A stretch of DNA of 63,220 bases, filler included, from Octopus bimaculoides (Eukaryota), in NCBI RefSeq assembly GCF_001194135.2. It is 4 parts of 4 records of this genome, joined end to end, with 100 filler letters (N's around TTAATTAATTAA, not from the genome) between each part and the next. Parts side by side here need not be neighbours in the genome. Positions count along the whole stretch, not along the records: positions 23,779 to 30,442 come from NC_068994.1; positions 30,543 to 58,737 come from NC_068984.1; 2 more parts are not named here. One strand, 5' to 3'. Position numbers and translations under genes: made by a program. The notes below the pieces were generated by a model. That model searched no databases. It was not told where the DNA came from and was given only the letters and a program-made list of their open reading frames with translations. Below, in pieces: positions 25,418 to 37,059 of the stretch; position 1 is the first letter of the stretch, and the number at the start of each line of letters is the position of its first letter.

Positions 25418-25945
25418 CTAAGAATTCAATAAAGCATAAAAGGTGAATAGCAGTGAACTGATAAAGCATAAAAGGTAAATAGCAATAAGTTGACTATGCG
25501 CGTTTCGTGGCTATATTAAAACAGATATTTCTTGCATTAACACGTATTTTATTATATTTATTTCTTTTCTTAATGGATGATTATTATTATCAGTTCACAG
25601 TAATTATTCGATAAGATAAATTATGCTTTTAATTTTAAGTAATATTATTAAATGTTTTTCATTTATTTATTGTATTAACACGTATTTTTATATACATATT
25701 TATTTCTATTTTTAATTAATTATTAAGTGGTAAGATACATACATTGATTTTTATTTTTACTCTAGACGTGATGTGTGACTCTATTTTTAAATAGAATTAA
25801 ATTTGGATTGATTTATTTTTGAATTAAATTGATTTTATCTGTTTTAATATAGCCACGAAACGCATGTAGTCAACTTATTGCTATGTACATTTTATGCTTT
25901 ATCAATTCACTACTATTTACTTTTAATGCCTTATTGAATTCTTAG
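25418..25945. mobile_element. Inverted-repeat element, ~110-bp arms
   Basis: 25418-25527 is the reverse complement of 25836-25945 with scattered substitutions; AT-rich spacer. Confidence 0.85.
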
Positions 25946-26223
25946 TTCTTCATGCTGGATACGTGCTCTCTCAAAAGTGTCAATCGTCTCCTTAACCTGC
26001 TTCTCCCATCTGTGGCGATGACAGGCATTGTTCTCCCAGTCAGTGTCCTGCATATACATATATACACACACACACAAACACACACACACATATATATATA
26101 TATACACATACACACATATATATATATATATATACAATGATGATATACATACATATATATATACATATATATACATACATATATATACACATATATATAC
26201 ATACATATATATACATATATATA

Positions 26224-26256
<33 letters not shown>

Positions 26257-26714
26257 CACACATACACACACACACATATATGTACAAGAGGAAATTTAAA
26301 ATATCACAGACAAAACACAAACACCCACAAACAAACAAAGAATTCCAACTGGAGCTTCTAATGGAACTTTCCAGTTAGCAGCACCTCATCAATATTTCTC
26401 TTGGTTTGTCTGAAAGAAGAGAGAAAAATATCATACAACAAAGATGGAAGGTGTGAAGGATTCGTTCTTTCTTCATTTTTTAAACAAATAATAATCATAT
26501 AATCCTTTCTGCTATAAGCAGAAGAGTCTGAAATGACACAGTTGAGACAACAATGGGGCATCAACAACAACTGCAATGAAATAAGAGACAGAGGCTGGAT
26601 GGGACATGGCCTCGGACAAGATCAGGAAAGAGATTGTATGGCAGCAGTAAAGTGAAAGCCTGGGGGGGAAAAAAGAAGCTGGGCACTCTAAAAGCACATG
26701 GCAAAGAACATACT

Positions 26715-27090
26715 AACAGTTTCAAATTTTGGCACAAGGCCAGTAATTTTGAGGGGAAAAGGAAGTTGATCACATTGACCCCAGTACTTGACTGGTATTT
26801 CATTTTACTGACCCCGAAAGGATGAAAAGCAAAGTTGATCTTGGCAATGTTACTTGGCAGCATATAAAGAACCAAAAGACATGCCACTAAGCATTTTTTT
26901 TTACTCTAACGAATCTGCCAATCCACCAAAATAATAAATTCTTTCTAATTTTGGCACAAGGCCAACAATTTTAGTAGGGAAGGAGTTAGTTGATTACAGA
27001 GACGCCCAATGCTCAACATTATTTTATTGAACCTGAAAAGGATGAAAGGGAAAGTTGACCTCAATGGAGTTTGAACATAAAGAGCTGGAA
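26715..27090 (-). mobile_element. Two tandem SINE family B copies
   Basis: AATTTTGGCACAAGGCCA...AAAGGATGAAA..AAAGTTGA blocks at about 26725-26845 and 26945-27075. Confidence 0.75.
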
Positions 27091-27169
27091 AAATATACAG
27101 CAAAACATTTTGATCGATGCTCTTAGAATTCTGCCAATTTATCAATAATGATGATGAATATATACAACA

Positions 27170-27545
27170 GTATTCATACAATGAAAGCAAAACCCAAAGC
27201 ACAGAGGTATTTATTTTATGGGGTTTCTTCATTGAGACTGATCATAATATTGAAGTAGTTCAAATATTTTCGGAGAGACCAGGAAAGCAGAAAAAAAAAT
27301 TAAGATCATTGTAATCCTATATATGATAGTAGATTAGGTACGAAAGAAACTGAGAAATATCAGAACTTAGCCAAAGTGATGAAGAGATTGTGGGACACAA
27401 GGGTTGACAATTTGTGCATCTGGCACAACACCCAAACTGCTACTTAAGAGGCTGCAGGTGTTTAGAACTGAGGCCACGTATTGTTGACCTGCAGAAAGTC
27501 ATTATGTATTCTACTGGAATTCTAAGAATGGTTCTTGAGGTTTGA
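27170..27545 (+). mobile_element. Old R4/Dong-like (RLE) LINE C-terminal relic
   Basis: ILWGFFIETDHNIE and YQNLAKVMKRLWD...LQKVIMYSTGILRMVLEV* parallel ILWDLPIHTDRKIK and QKIALLGTAHILRK at 56100-56466. Confidence 0.55.
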
Positions 27546-27989
27546 GAAAACTTGTCACCAAACCTCAGGTAAGCTAAATTAGCAAGTCATAGCTTTTGTA
27601 TAAGTATCTAAAAATATTTTGAAAAAAAATAACAGAAAACTAATACAATAGCTATAAAAAAGAACAAGACAAAAAACTATTTTCTGTTTTCAAGCAAGCT
27701 AAAAAATATAAATTTAATGAGAAATAGTTAAAAAATAGTTTTAAAAATAAATGGTAACAAACAAGAGAAACTGCAAATAGGCTAAAATCTAAATTGACAA
27801 TGGAACTACAAAATAGTGTGATAATGTAGCAGGAAGAGAAGTTGCAACATGGCGAGTACTTGAAAAGGATGAACAGAGTAGAAATAGAAAATAGACACAC
27901 AGAAAAAAGAAAAAAATTCAAAGTGCTGGCCATCAAGTATTTCAAAGTCAAGAAGGTTTCCCTTCTTCAGGGTGAGTATAGAGAAGCAT

Positions 27990-29480
27990 TCTTTGCTGTG
28001 TAACTGAAATATGGACAATGGTGCTTCAACATCACTTTGATGATACGTTTGATAAGTTTCTCATGAGTATTCAAAACATCTCATGCTATAGGCACAAGAC
28101 CCAAGAGAATCTTTAGACACATTCATTAACCTCTACTATCATTGCTCAATGCTAGGTAGGCACTGTTAGCCACTATTATTGTGTTTGGGAAACTTCAAAC
28201 AGCTACTACATCTGCTAGCAACAAATGTCATTTCCCTTAGAGAGAAGAGCAGATTGTATGATGCTCATGTTAGAACAGGGCTGCTGCATCATAGCAAGAC
28301 ATGGACTGTGAATGTAGAAGACTTGTAAAGTTTAGAAAGAAATGAAGCAAACATGCCCCACTGGATGTGTAATGTTAGTGTGTATGTATAACAAAGTCGA
28401 AATGTGTTGAGAGAAAAATTAGATATGAGAGGTGTCAGATTTAGTATGTAAGAGACAAGACTGCATTGATATGGACAAGGTGACATAATCTCAAGAATGG
28501 TGCACATAGAACAGAATGAAACAAAATCACTATACAATCTCACAAAGAGGATGTTCTATACCTGACCAGGAACAATAACATCCTAGACCTCCACTTCACC
28601 AATAATATGGAACTTATCCACAATGTGAAGATGTTGATAATTCTCTCAGACTACAACATAAAAGAATTAACAATGTATGGTCCAAAACTACCTGAAAATG
28701 TATAACTCCACAGGATTGACCCAAACTCTATCCAGTTTGAACTTCTAAGAGTCAGACAGGAAATCACTTCAAAATGAGATCCTCAAATGAAATTAGCCCA
28801 AAAGTTTCTATAGGCAAGACATTGATGCTGTCCCTTGGAGAAGAGCTAATACATGCAAAAACATGATTTCCCCAAACAAGAAAATCCTTATGAGGTGAAG
28901 AATAAAGATCACAAATCAAATAAAGAACTTAATGATAGTGAGGAGTCCCACCTAAAAAAGGCACTTTTAGAGATAGAAAATAAACCTAGACTCTCCCATG
29001 AAAAACGGAAGAAAGAGAAAGCAAGGCAGTTGAAAATACAAAAACAAGCTTTCCTAAAGCCTTCTTCAAATTTCCAAAAGAATCTTCCTCAGTGTGCTAC
29101 AAGACAGAGTCCTTATTTGAAGAAAAAGTCTCACTGCAGACTGGTTTTTTTATTTATTCTTTTAAAGACATGCAAGAAAGATCTCACAGAACCACTGCAG
29201 ATACTTTTCCAGAAGTTTCCTTGCTTGGAAAACTTCCCAACATGTTAAAAGAAGGTATCATATGCCCTATCTACAAAGGGAGGAGCAGAGGAGATGCTAC
29301 ACAGTAGGGGCTTATCTCTTTGACCATACATTTCAGCAAAGCCCCATGGAATGTATTGTCAGAAAGGTGATCCCATTCCTTAAAGAATATGGCTTGCTCA
29401 CAAGCATGCAGCATAGTTTCAGTCCATGGCATTCAAGGAAATCTATTTCCAGTGTGTTCATAGAATGTACTGCTACAGTG
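27990..29480 (+). mobile_element. CR1-like LINE relic: endonuclease end and RT N-terminus
   Basis: TRNNNILDLHFTN...ILSDYNI (APE C-terminal PTR..LDL / SDH motifs); LLKTCKKDLTEPLQILF, frameshift to LGKLPNMLKEGIICPIYKG, then ISLT and QHSF (RT domains 0-2). Confidence 0.7.
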
Positions 29481-30090
29481 CCTCTATCACATATGAAGCT
29501 TCCATAGTTCTCTGTTAGTCTGCCTGTGACCCTCTTATGTGTAGCTTACATTGGGTATAACGTGATGTTTATACCCACTTCCTTTCTGCTTTATACACAC
29601 ACAAGCACATAATTGCAAAATAATATTGGAGTAACTAAGGTAGAGTAAAATACTGAATTTTACTGAAGCCGAAAATTTAACAAACTATCTCTCTATCTCT
29701 CTCTCTCTCACATACACGCACACACATACACGCGCGCGTGCACACACACACACACACAATAATATATGCAAGAACTTGTATGGATATCCATACATTGGGA
29801 AAATGTCTTATTAAAATTCAATTATTTAACTTATAAGAAGTGTTTATGTAGTCATCATATTTCATTTTTATGGAGATAAAACCCTAAAGCTGAATTACTT
29901 TTAGGTTTCTGTGATGCAAAATTCTTAAGTATTTTGTAAGTATATCTTTGTGAGATGGGCTCTGCCAAGATGATTTATCCTAGATACACTCAAAGATGAA
30001 TTCATCAGTGTTTATAGGTTAATGACTCATTACACCATTGATAGTGCCAGCAATATGACGAGTTCCTAATGAATTTGCCAACTTCACTTA

Positions 30091-30442
30091 TCTATACTAT
30101 AAAAGGCAGATTTTCTCTGTGTGTGTGTGTATGTTTAAAATTCATACATTTACACAATTCCAAATTTCTTCGATTAAACAATCGCACTTAATATTCTAAA
30201 TACAATTTGTTAGGTCACTGCGTCATTTTTTCACTCCAAAAATTTCCTAATAATGAGTAAAATCCATAAAACTACAGCAGTAAACATTTTCTCCCTAATA
30301 AAATCTAATTTCCTCTTTCTAATACAAATCCTTTCGACTCCTACTTTCTCTTATGAACCGTTACGAACAATCCAACAACAAATACAAAAAGATCAAAACT
30401 GAAACAATCACATTTCGATACTGTAATGACAGATACTAAAAC
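30091..30442 (+). mobile_element. Putative non-autonomous Helitron 5' end
   Basis: A followed by TCTATACTATAAAAGGCAG, resembling Helitron 5'-TC termini; runs into a gap and no 3' end was found. Confidence 0.4.
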
Positions 30443-30486
30443 NNNNNNNNNNNNNNNNNNNNNNNNNNNNNNNNNNNNNNNNNNNN

Positions 30487-30498
30487 TTAATTAATTAA
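30487..30498. other. Assembly spacer TTAATTAATTAA (artefact)
   Basis: 44 N + 12 + 44 N. Confidence 0.9.
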
Positions 30499-30542
30499 NN
30501 NNNNNNNNNNNNNNNNNNNNNNNNNNNNNNNNNNNNNNNNNN

Positions 30543-30830
30543 GATTAGGGTGGCGTGTGGTATGACGTCAGTGTCTGGGGAGGCTGACCGGAAGGGCGAG
30601 TCGACCGGAAGGGGAAACAGGGCAGAGGGAGCCTCGATCGGCGTTCGTGCCCTCTTTCGAACGGGGCTGCGGTCAGGACAAGACGTGTTAAGCGACGGTC
30701 TAGGTTTGGGAAGGTTTGGGAGAAGCAGCTGCTATACCTGGTGTACCTTGGGTCGGGGCGAGCTTCAAGGATCGGATACCGCAAGACGGACTCGCAGTCG
30801 AGGAAAGGAAAACCGAGGTAAGGCGATTAC
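30543..30830 (+). promoter_or_regulatory. CpG/GC-rich segment with promoter-like motifs and a splice donor
   Basis: TGACGTCA 30563-30570, CCGGAAG at 30588 and 30605, GAG|GTAAGG at 30818; CpG-rich against an AT-rich background. Confidence 0.35.
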
Positions 30831-31129
30831 ATCTACTCGTACGCACACACCACACATGGAAAGTGTCACAAAGCAAACCCGCTCTTGAAATAATAATTCA
30901 ATGGTATTAAGACTTGAAATATTGCTTAAAGTTTAGAGCTTCTGAGTGTTTAGCTCTTGAACCTCCACTAAGGGCCCTACTCCTAACCAGCTCCTGTCTC
31001 TACCACCGCTTTCGGTGACGCTGTATATAAAAATCTGTTCGAGACTGAATATTCATTCAGTTGCTTCTGAGATTAGTTCGCTCTTCCTCATGCTTCATGC
31101 CATTAATTCTTACACACAATAAGAAAACT

Positions 31130-31960
31130 CTGATTGGTGACGTAATAAATCATCAACTTTTCACAATAAATATACTCTATTGCATGTATCAAGTACTTCA
31201 AAGTCTGGACCATAAAGAGGGCGAGGGGCACTTTTAATGTCTATCATTTAAAGTAGATAGTTACCAGGACAGAACTGTGGACTGGCGCAGGTGCCACCAA
31301 CTCAAGTGGAAGAGCTCTGGCCTTTTGCGACAAAATCTTTTCTTGAACTCCCTCAAAACCTCCACAAACTACTCTTTGTTAGCCATCTGGACAGAAGGAT
31401 CATCGTAAGCTTCCTGGTGGACTTGCTTTGCCTTGGGTGCTTCCATTAGGCACTCTGTATCTTCTTGATCTCAGGATCGTAACAGTAAATCTAGTTTTCG
31501 TCACTGGTTACATAGAGACTCAAGTGCCCTTGGATTATAAATAATAATCTTAACCATCTCCCTGTTGTACTCAACGCGTCTTTTCTTCTGTTCGCCGCTG
31601 AGCACCCTAGGAACAAACTTCACTCAAATTGTGCGCATGTTCAAGTCTTCATGAATAATTTTGTGTACAGTTGCTGCACCAACTCCAGACTGTATGCATA
31701 TTGTCTTTAGACGCACAACGGTCTTATCCAGAAAACTGCAAATTTTCTCACCCCTCTTCATATCTCTCACCGCCTCTCTACCATCCTTGAACTTCTTGTG
31801 CCACCGAAAAACAGGTGCTCATCTCATACAAATTAATCCATAAGCAGCCTGAAACATTTTATAAGTGTCTGTAGCGTTTTGCTCAGTTTAACATAAAACT
31901 TTATAGCATAACAAGCTTTCTAATCTCTTCCCATCCCGCCTGCATTCTGCAAGCTAGTCA
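31130..31960 (-). mobile_element. Mariner transposase relic
   Basis: Minus frames give YAIKFYVKL..VFRWHKKFKDGRE, IYCYDPE, RKRPELFHLSWWHL, and APVHSSVLVT..PLYGPDF. Confidence 0.8.
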
Positions 31961-31993
31961 ACCGTGACAAGCAGTGTTTAGTAAGGTGCGTTC

Positions 31994-32060
31994 GCACCCT
32001 CTTCTCAACCCGACCATACGCCTCGTTAAAGCGTGTGGTCGGGGTTGAGAAGAGGGTGTG
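31994..32060. ncRNA. 67-nt stem-loop, pre-miRNA-sized (candidate only)
   Basis: GCACCCTCTTCTCAACCCGACCATACGC, loop CTCGTTAAA, then GCGTGTGGTCGGGGTTGAAGAAGAGGGTGT; about 28 bp stem with two 1-nt bulges and G-U pairs. Confidence 0.35.
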
Positions 32061-32099
32061 GGCAGGTTGGTTGAATGATCTTCAGATCAGGGGGTGGGT

Positions 32100-32325
32100 G
32101 TTATGAGCCAGGCTGTGTTGTAGGAAAGGATCAGAAGTGAGGGAGTAGGCATGTCTTGTCGGAAGTGCCGCGGTGGGCATGCGGCATCAATGAGGAGTCA
32201 GTTGGCGACAGACAGCGCATCAGAGCAGACGGATAGCGCACGTGGACGTGGAGTGAACCTTGCAGATCGAGACAGCACGTGGACGTTGAAAGTGACTCCT
32301 TTTCCGGACCGACAGGTAAGACTAC
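32100..32325 (+). promoter_or_regulatory. Second CpG/GC-rich segment ending in a consensus donor
   Basis: CGGAAG, two GCACGTGGACGT direct repeats (E-box CACGTG), CAG|GTAAGA at 32316. Confidence 0.3.
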
Positions 32326-32366
32326 CGTAATTCTCTCTTCGCTTCCGTCTTTTTTCTTCCTTTACA

Positions 32367-32367
<1 letters not shown>

Positions 32368-32458
<91 letters not shown>
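32368..32458. repeat. (CA)n microsatellite
   Basis: Pure run. Confidence 0.95.
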
Positions 32459-32460
<2 letters not shown>

Positions 32461-33044
32461 TGTGATGTTTCGATCTGTTTGGTCTCCGATAACTACCATG
32501 TGCTTTATCCGAGATGTGTAGATTCTCTGCACATACTGTATTCGAACTAAGAACATAAAATTCAAAACTAAGTGCCACTTAATAATGCTGGATGTAATTC
32601 ACTAGGCTAAGAATCTACATTTTTTAGCTAATTTAAAATTAATTTTTCAGTAGAAGCCATATTAAGCTGATGTCAGTGCTAGGCTTTTTGATTAGGTTTT
32701 CAGCAAGCTCAACATATACTGCTTCTTTGGTTATACTAAGTTTCCTCTACGATCCTCTATCAGTTACAGAAATTTCATTCCTAAGCAGTGTATAATTACC
32801 TTCCTCGCACCATATATGTTTAACCACTCATGACTTAGATATTTCTCTTCTCATTAAATATTTCTTATGTTCTCTGGTTACTGACCTTTACGGCCCTCCC
32901 CGTCTCTCCTTCAGAAGACCTTCTACAAATATGAGATGCTATATAAATGTAATTCTTCTGTTCTAGCTGCTCTTGTTTAATTTTGACGAGGAATTTGTGA
33001 ATTGTGGTGTTACATTTAAACACAGTTCAGATATCATATATCTT

Positions 33045-33262
33045 TTATCTTTGTACTTGTTTCGGTCAGTAGACTGCGGCCAGACTAGGGCACCACTTTG
33101 AAGGGTTTAATGAAACAAATCGACTCCATTACTTATTTTCAATATCCGGTAGTTATTCTGTCGCTCAATTTTGGCGAAATGCCAAGTTACGGGGACGTAA
33201 ATAAACGATCGTCAGTTGTCAAGCGGTGGTGGTAAGACAATCAAGAACAGGAAACACGAAAC
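33045..33262 (-). mobile_element. SINE family A 3' part
   Basis: Matches the AAGTTACGGGGACGTAAA..GTTGTCAAGCG block of other copies. Confidence 0.75.
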
Positions 33263-33335
33263 ACTGACTGCTTGTACTACCTTACTACCTTTATTTCGTC
33301 AGCATAGCTAGTAAGTGTGGATGTCTGTGTAACTG

Positions 33336-33990
33336 ATGACATGTCCAAGAGAGCTACCAAAAACAACAGCGGCTCCTTTCGATGCCTATCTTCTACAGAA
33401 AGACCTAGATGCCATGTATAAATGGGCTGAAGAAAACAGCATGCAATTTAATGCAGGAAAATTCCAAACTCTCTGCAATCAGCCAGCTTGCGCTAACATG
33501 CGGCAACAATTTTATTTTGAACCAAAAAGAAGGTTAATCCCAGGGTCAAACACAGTCTGTGATCTGGAGATTGATATGAGCAACGACACTTCGTTTAATG
33601 TATATACCGTCAAGATGGTGGCAATGGCTAGATTGATTCCGAGAACTTTCTGAGCAAGGGACCAGGAAACTATGCTAGTCCTATGGGGGACCTTTGTTCT
33701 TAGCCGTCTGGACTACTGCTTTGAACTGTGGTCACCCCACAATATCCAATTAATAGCGGAACTTGAGGCAATTTAGCAGTTCTGCATCAGAAAGATTGTA
33801 TCCACAGGACAGCTGAGCTACGAATCAACTCCCTGGAGAGAAGACGATATATATATATATATAAATATATATATGTAAGAACGACCGTGCGAACCCAAAA
33901 GGAGAAATGGTGACGAATGGAAAAAACAGGGCTCCTTTTATTTAAACGCGTCACACGGTCGAACACAAACATTATATCAAAGATGATATA
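33336..33990 (+). mobile_element. CR1-like LINE relic: RT C-terminus
   Basis: LLQKDLDAMYKWAEENSMQFNAGKFQ, DLEIDMSND, FVLSRLDYCFELWSP..IAELEAI, SLERRR. Confidence 0.75.
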
Positions 33991-33994
33991 TTTA

Positions 33995-34922
33995 TGTTAT
34001 ACTTCGATAACATAGTGAATTCGTAAATGCCAGTAAGGAAGACGATAGAACACAACCGATAGAGATGAATAACAGAAATATTTATTGTGATAATAAAATG
34101 TATGCCTGTGTGTGAGTGTGAATGCGACATAATAAAAACATAATAAAAGACAGGCCGTCGTATAAAGAAAAGAGTGTGTGTAAGTGATACATGTATGTGT
34201 ATGCGTGATATACAGCAGATATAAAAAGAGTCAGTAACACATATAAGAATTTCCCAGTTCTTAGAGTACACAATAGTAACAGTCTGTATGTAAGAAGTTG
34301 AGGCGTGTGTGGCAGAGCGATCACTCGTTGTGATGTTAGGGCTTCCATGCCGAGCCGAGTTCTGGAATACAGATGTTCGTCGCAGGCTAGGTTCTTGTCT
34401 ATTATTTATCGTGGTGAAGATGAATCCCACAAACAGAATCGAAGAGAGATGTGCCGCGGTTGTTTGGTTAGTTGGTGTACGTAGAAATCATGTTGATGAT
34501 GTTGGCGACGTCGGTGGCGAATCTTGTAGTTCGTAGTTGAAGTGGTGTTGACGCTGGCGGCGACGATGGTGGTAGTCGTAGAATCGTGTTGCTGATAGCG
34601 ACGTCGGTAGTAGTCGTAGTTGTACGAAGCTGTTGGTTGTTGTTGCTGGCTGCTGCTGCTGTGTGGTACACGGAACAGGTCTCTAAGAGATCTGAACCGA
34701 GACGAATTTGCCGGGTATAATTTAGTCTATTTAAAGCAAAATAGGGGCTCCAGAGAGGTATTAGAAAAACACTATCACGTGACCTTATTAAGGGCTGTGA
34801 TTGGTCAGTTTGCATTCTGGCGGGAACGGTACGAAGCAGTTGCCGCTTCAAATAATACTTAGTCATGTGATGACAGGGAAAGAGGTTTCCTACTACGCCC
34901 GAACTTGATTATATCTATAACA
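33995..34922 (-). mobile_element. Putative solo LTR
   Basis: Bounded by TGTTATA (33995) and TATAACA (34922); minus-strand CCAAT (34804-34800), TTTAAATA (34735-34728) and AATAAA (34086-34081); interrupts the CR1-like relic. No TSD was found. Confidence 0.45.
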
Positions 34923-35089
34923 ACGAGAGAAGATGGCTTCTTTGTATATAATGGCGATCGAGGTGTTAGTTTCACTATATATATATATAAGGAAGATACT
35001 GGAATGGTTGGCAGCAGACTTTAGCAAAGATAGTTATAACAGACCTCGAACTGGACGTTACTGCACTGATGCAGAAGTTCCACCATTCA

Positions 35090-35383
35090 GTCTAGAGTAA
35101 GTACCAGCTGCTGCAATAACTTAGGATTCATTGGACCACAGTAATTTAATATCTTGCCAAAACATCTGAGAGATCTACATGGCGTGGGGAGAGATGTTTT
35201 CAAGAAACAATCGATGGACCTACATTACATGCAAGAAACTTAAACATCCAACTCTCACTTTCACCAAAAGCCAATCACGAAAGAACGGCCATGAAAAAGC
35301 TGATAATATTTGAGGTGCCTCAGCATGGTTTCACCCTTTGGTCTGAAACGCATAAAAGAACAAAAGAATAAAGAACAAAGAAC
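35090..35383 (+). mobile_element. CR1-like LINE 3' end and tail
   Basis: FIGPQ*FNILPKHLRDLHGVG..VFKK, then GGTGCCTCAGCATGG..CTGAAAC..(AAAAGAA)-type tail. Confidence 0.7.
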
Positions 35384-37059
35384 GCGCGCGCGCACACACG
35401 CAAGATCTTGTCTATTTGTATGTATGAGACAACGTTTGCCAAACTATCTTCTCTAATAAAGACGGTAGAGTGTGATTAAAAAGAAATGGAGCTTCCACAT
35501 CTTGCAGATATATCTAGCACCCTCGCAAAATGCGTGTCAAGCAAAGTTTGCTGTTGTTATGTAGTCCAAACCAGTGTTACCGAAAACCTATTATGAGAAT
35601 CGTGAGAATGTTGTCATCTGTCATCTGTATATTACTTAAGGGCGTGATTCATGAGAGCTCTGACTGCTATTTTTAGCTGCTGAGCGATACATGATATCCA
35701 CGAATATAGACATACATACCTAAAAACATACACACACATTATACACACATTTATACATCCAAATATANNNNNNNNNNNNNNNNNNNNNNNNNNNNNNNNN
35801 NNNNNNNNNNNNNNNNNNNNNNNNNNNNNNNNNNNNNNNNNNNNNNNNNNNNNNNNNNNNNNNNNNNNNNNNNNNNNNNNNNNNNNNNNNNNNNNNNNNN
35901 NNNNNNNNNNNNNNNNNNNNNNNNNNNNNNNNNNNNNNNNNNNNNNNNNNNNNNNNNNNNNNNNNNNNNNNNNNNNNNNNNNNNNNNNNNNNNNNNNNNN
36001 NNNNNNNNNNNNNNNNNNNNNNNNNNNNNNNATATATATGTATTGTTCTTTTATTCTTTTACCCGTTTCAGTCATTTGACTGCGGCCATGCTGGAGCACC
36101 GTATGTATGTATGTATGATGATTGTAAGTATGTGTGCACACGCACACACACACACATATATTTGCTGTAGTACAAATGCTATTCTGTTACTCATTTGTGA
36201 GAGTTGTTTTATGTACATGTACACGCATACACACACACATGCATACACAGATACATACACACGCGCATGTATATGTATGTATGTATGTATTTATGTAGGA
36301 ACATGTATATGTGTGTGTGAATGTGCCTTTATTAGTAGTACATTGTAATTATCAAAAATATTCAAAACAGCACTTCCTTGAACACCATGCTAAAATATTC
36401 TTAATTGACGAGGCAGACATGTATGAAGGAAAAATTAAAAATATATTAAAATTAACATTATACATTAATGTTTTCGTTTCATTCAGCATGGGTTAAATTT
36501 ATATACATGCATTCATACTTATATGTGTGTGTATATATATGTGTGTATGTGTGTACATACGTATATATGAATGTATATACGTGTATGTAGATATGGTACG
36601 TATGTATATACACTCATATTTGATTGCTGCAACTTCATTGCAAGTAATGCCATCGCTTGATTGTTCTCATAGACATGAGCAGCGCGGATGTGGCTTTTTA
36701 TCCTGCTAGGGATTCACACTTTTTGTACAGGGTTTCACCTATGGTATGTTGAGGTCATAAAAGACATGGAGAATATTAAATTGTGAGACAGTATGTCTGC
36801 TGAATCAAGTCGTTTGAGAAAACGTGTGTGGAAATGATGCAATCAGTACAAAGAGTCGAGGTTAGCAAACGATGGATGCCGCATGCAGTAGTTATTTTAG
36901 TATTCGTTCTGGTGAACCTTCACATGACGTTACAGTATGCTCCTGACTCACATTCTTTTCCACATTCCCCGCAGGTAGAGATACCATACAATACATACTT
37001 AACAACTTCCCTGTGTGTCTGACTTCCCCGATGACAACTAATATATGCCTTACTTATTC

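Noticed and set aside
28853-29248. Host protein-coding ORF (131 aa)
   Set aside because: It ends in CR1-type RT motifs and frameshifts into further RT motifs; it is LINE-derived.
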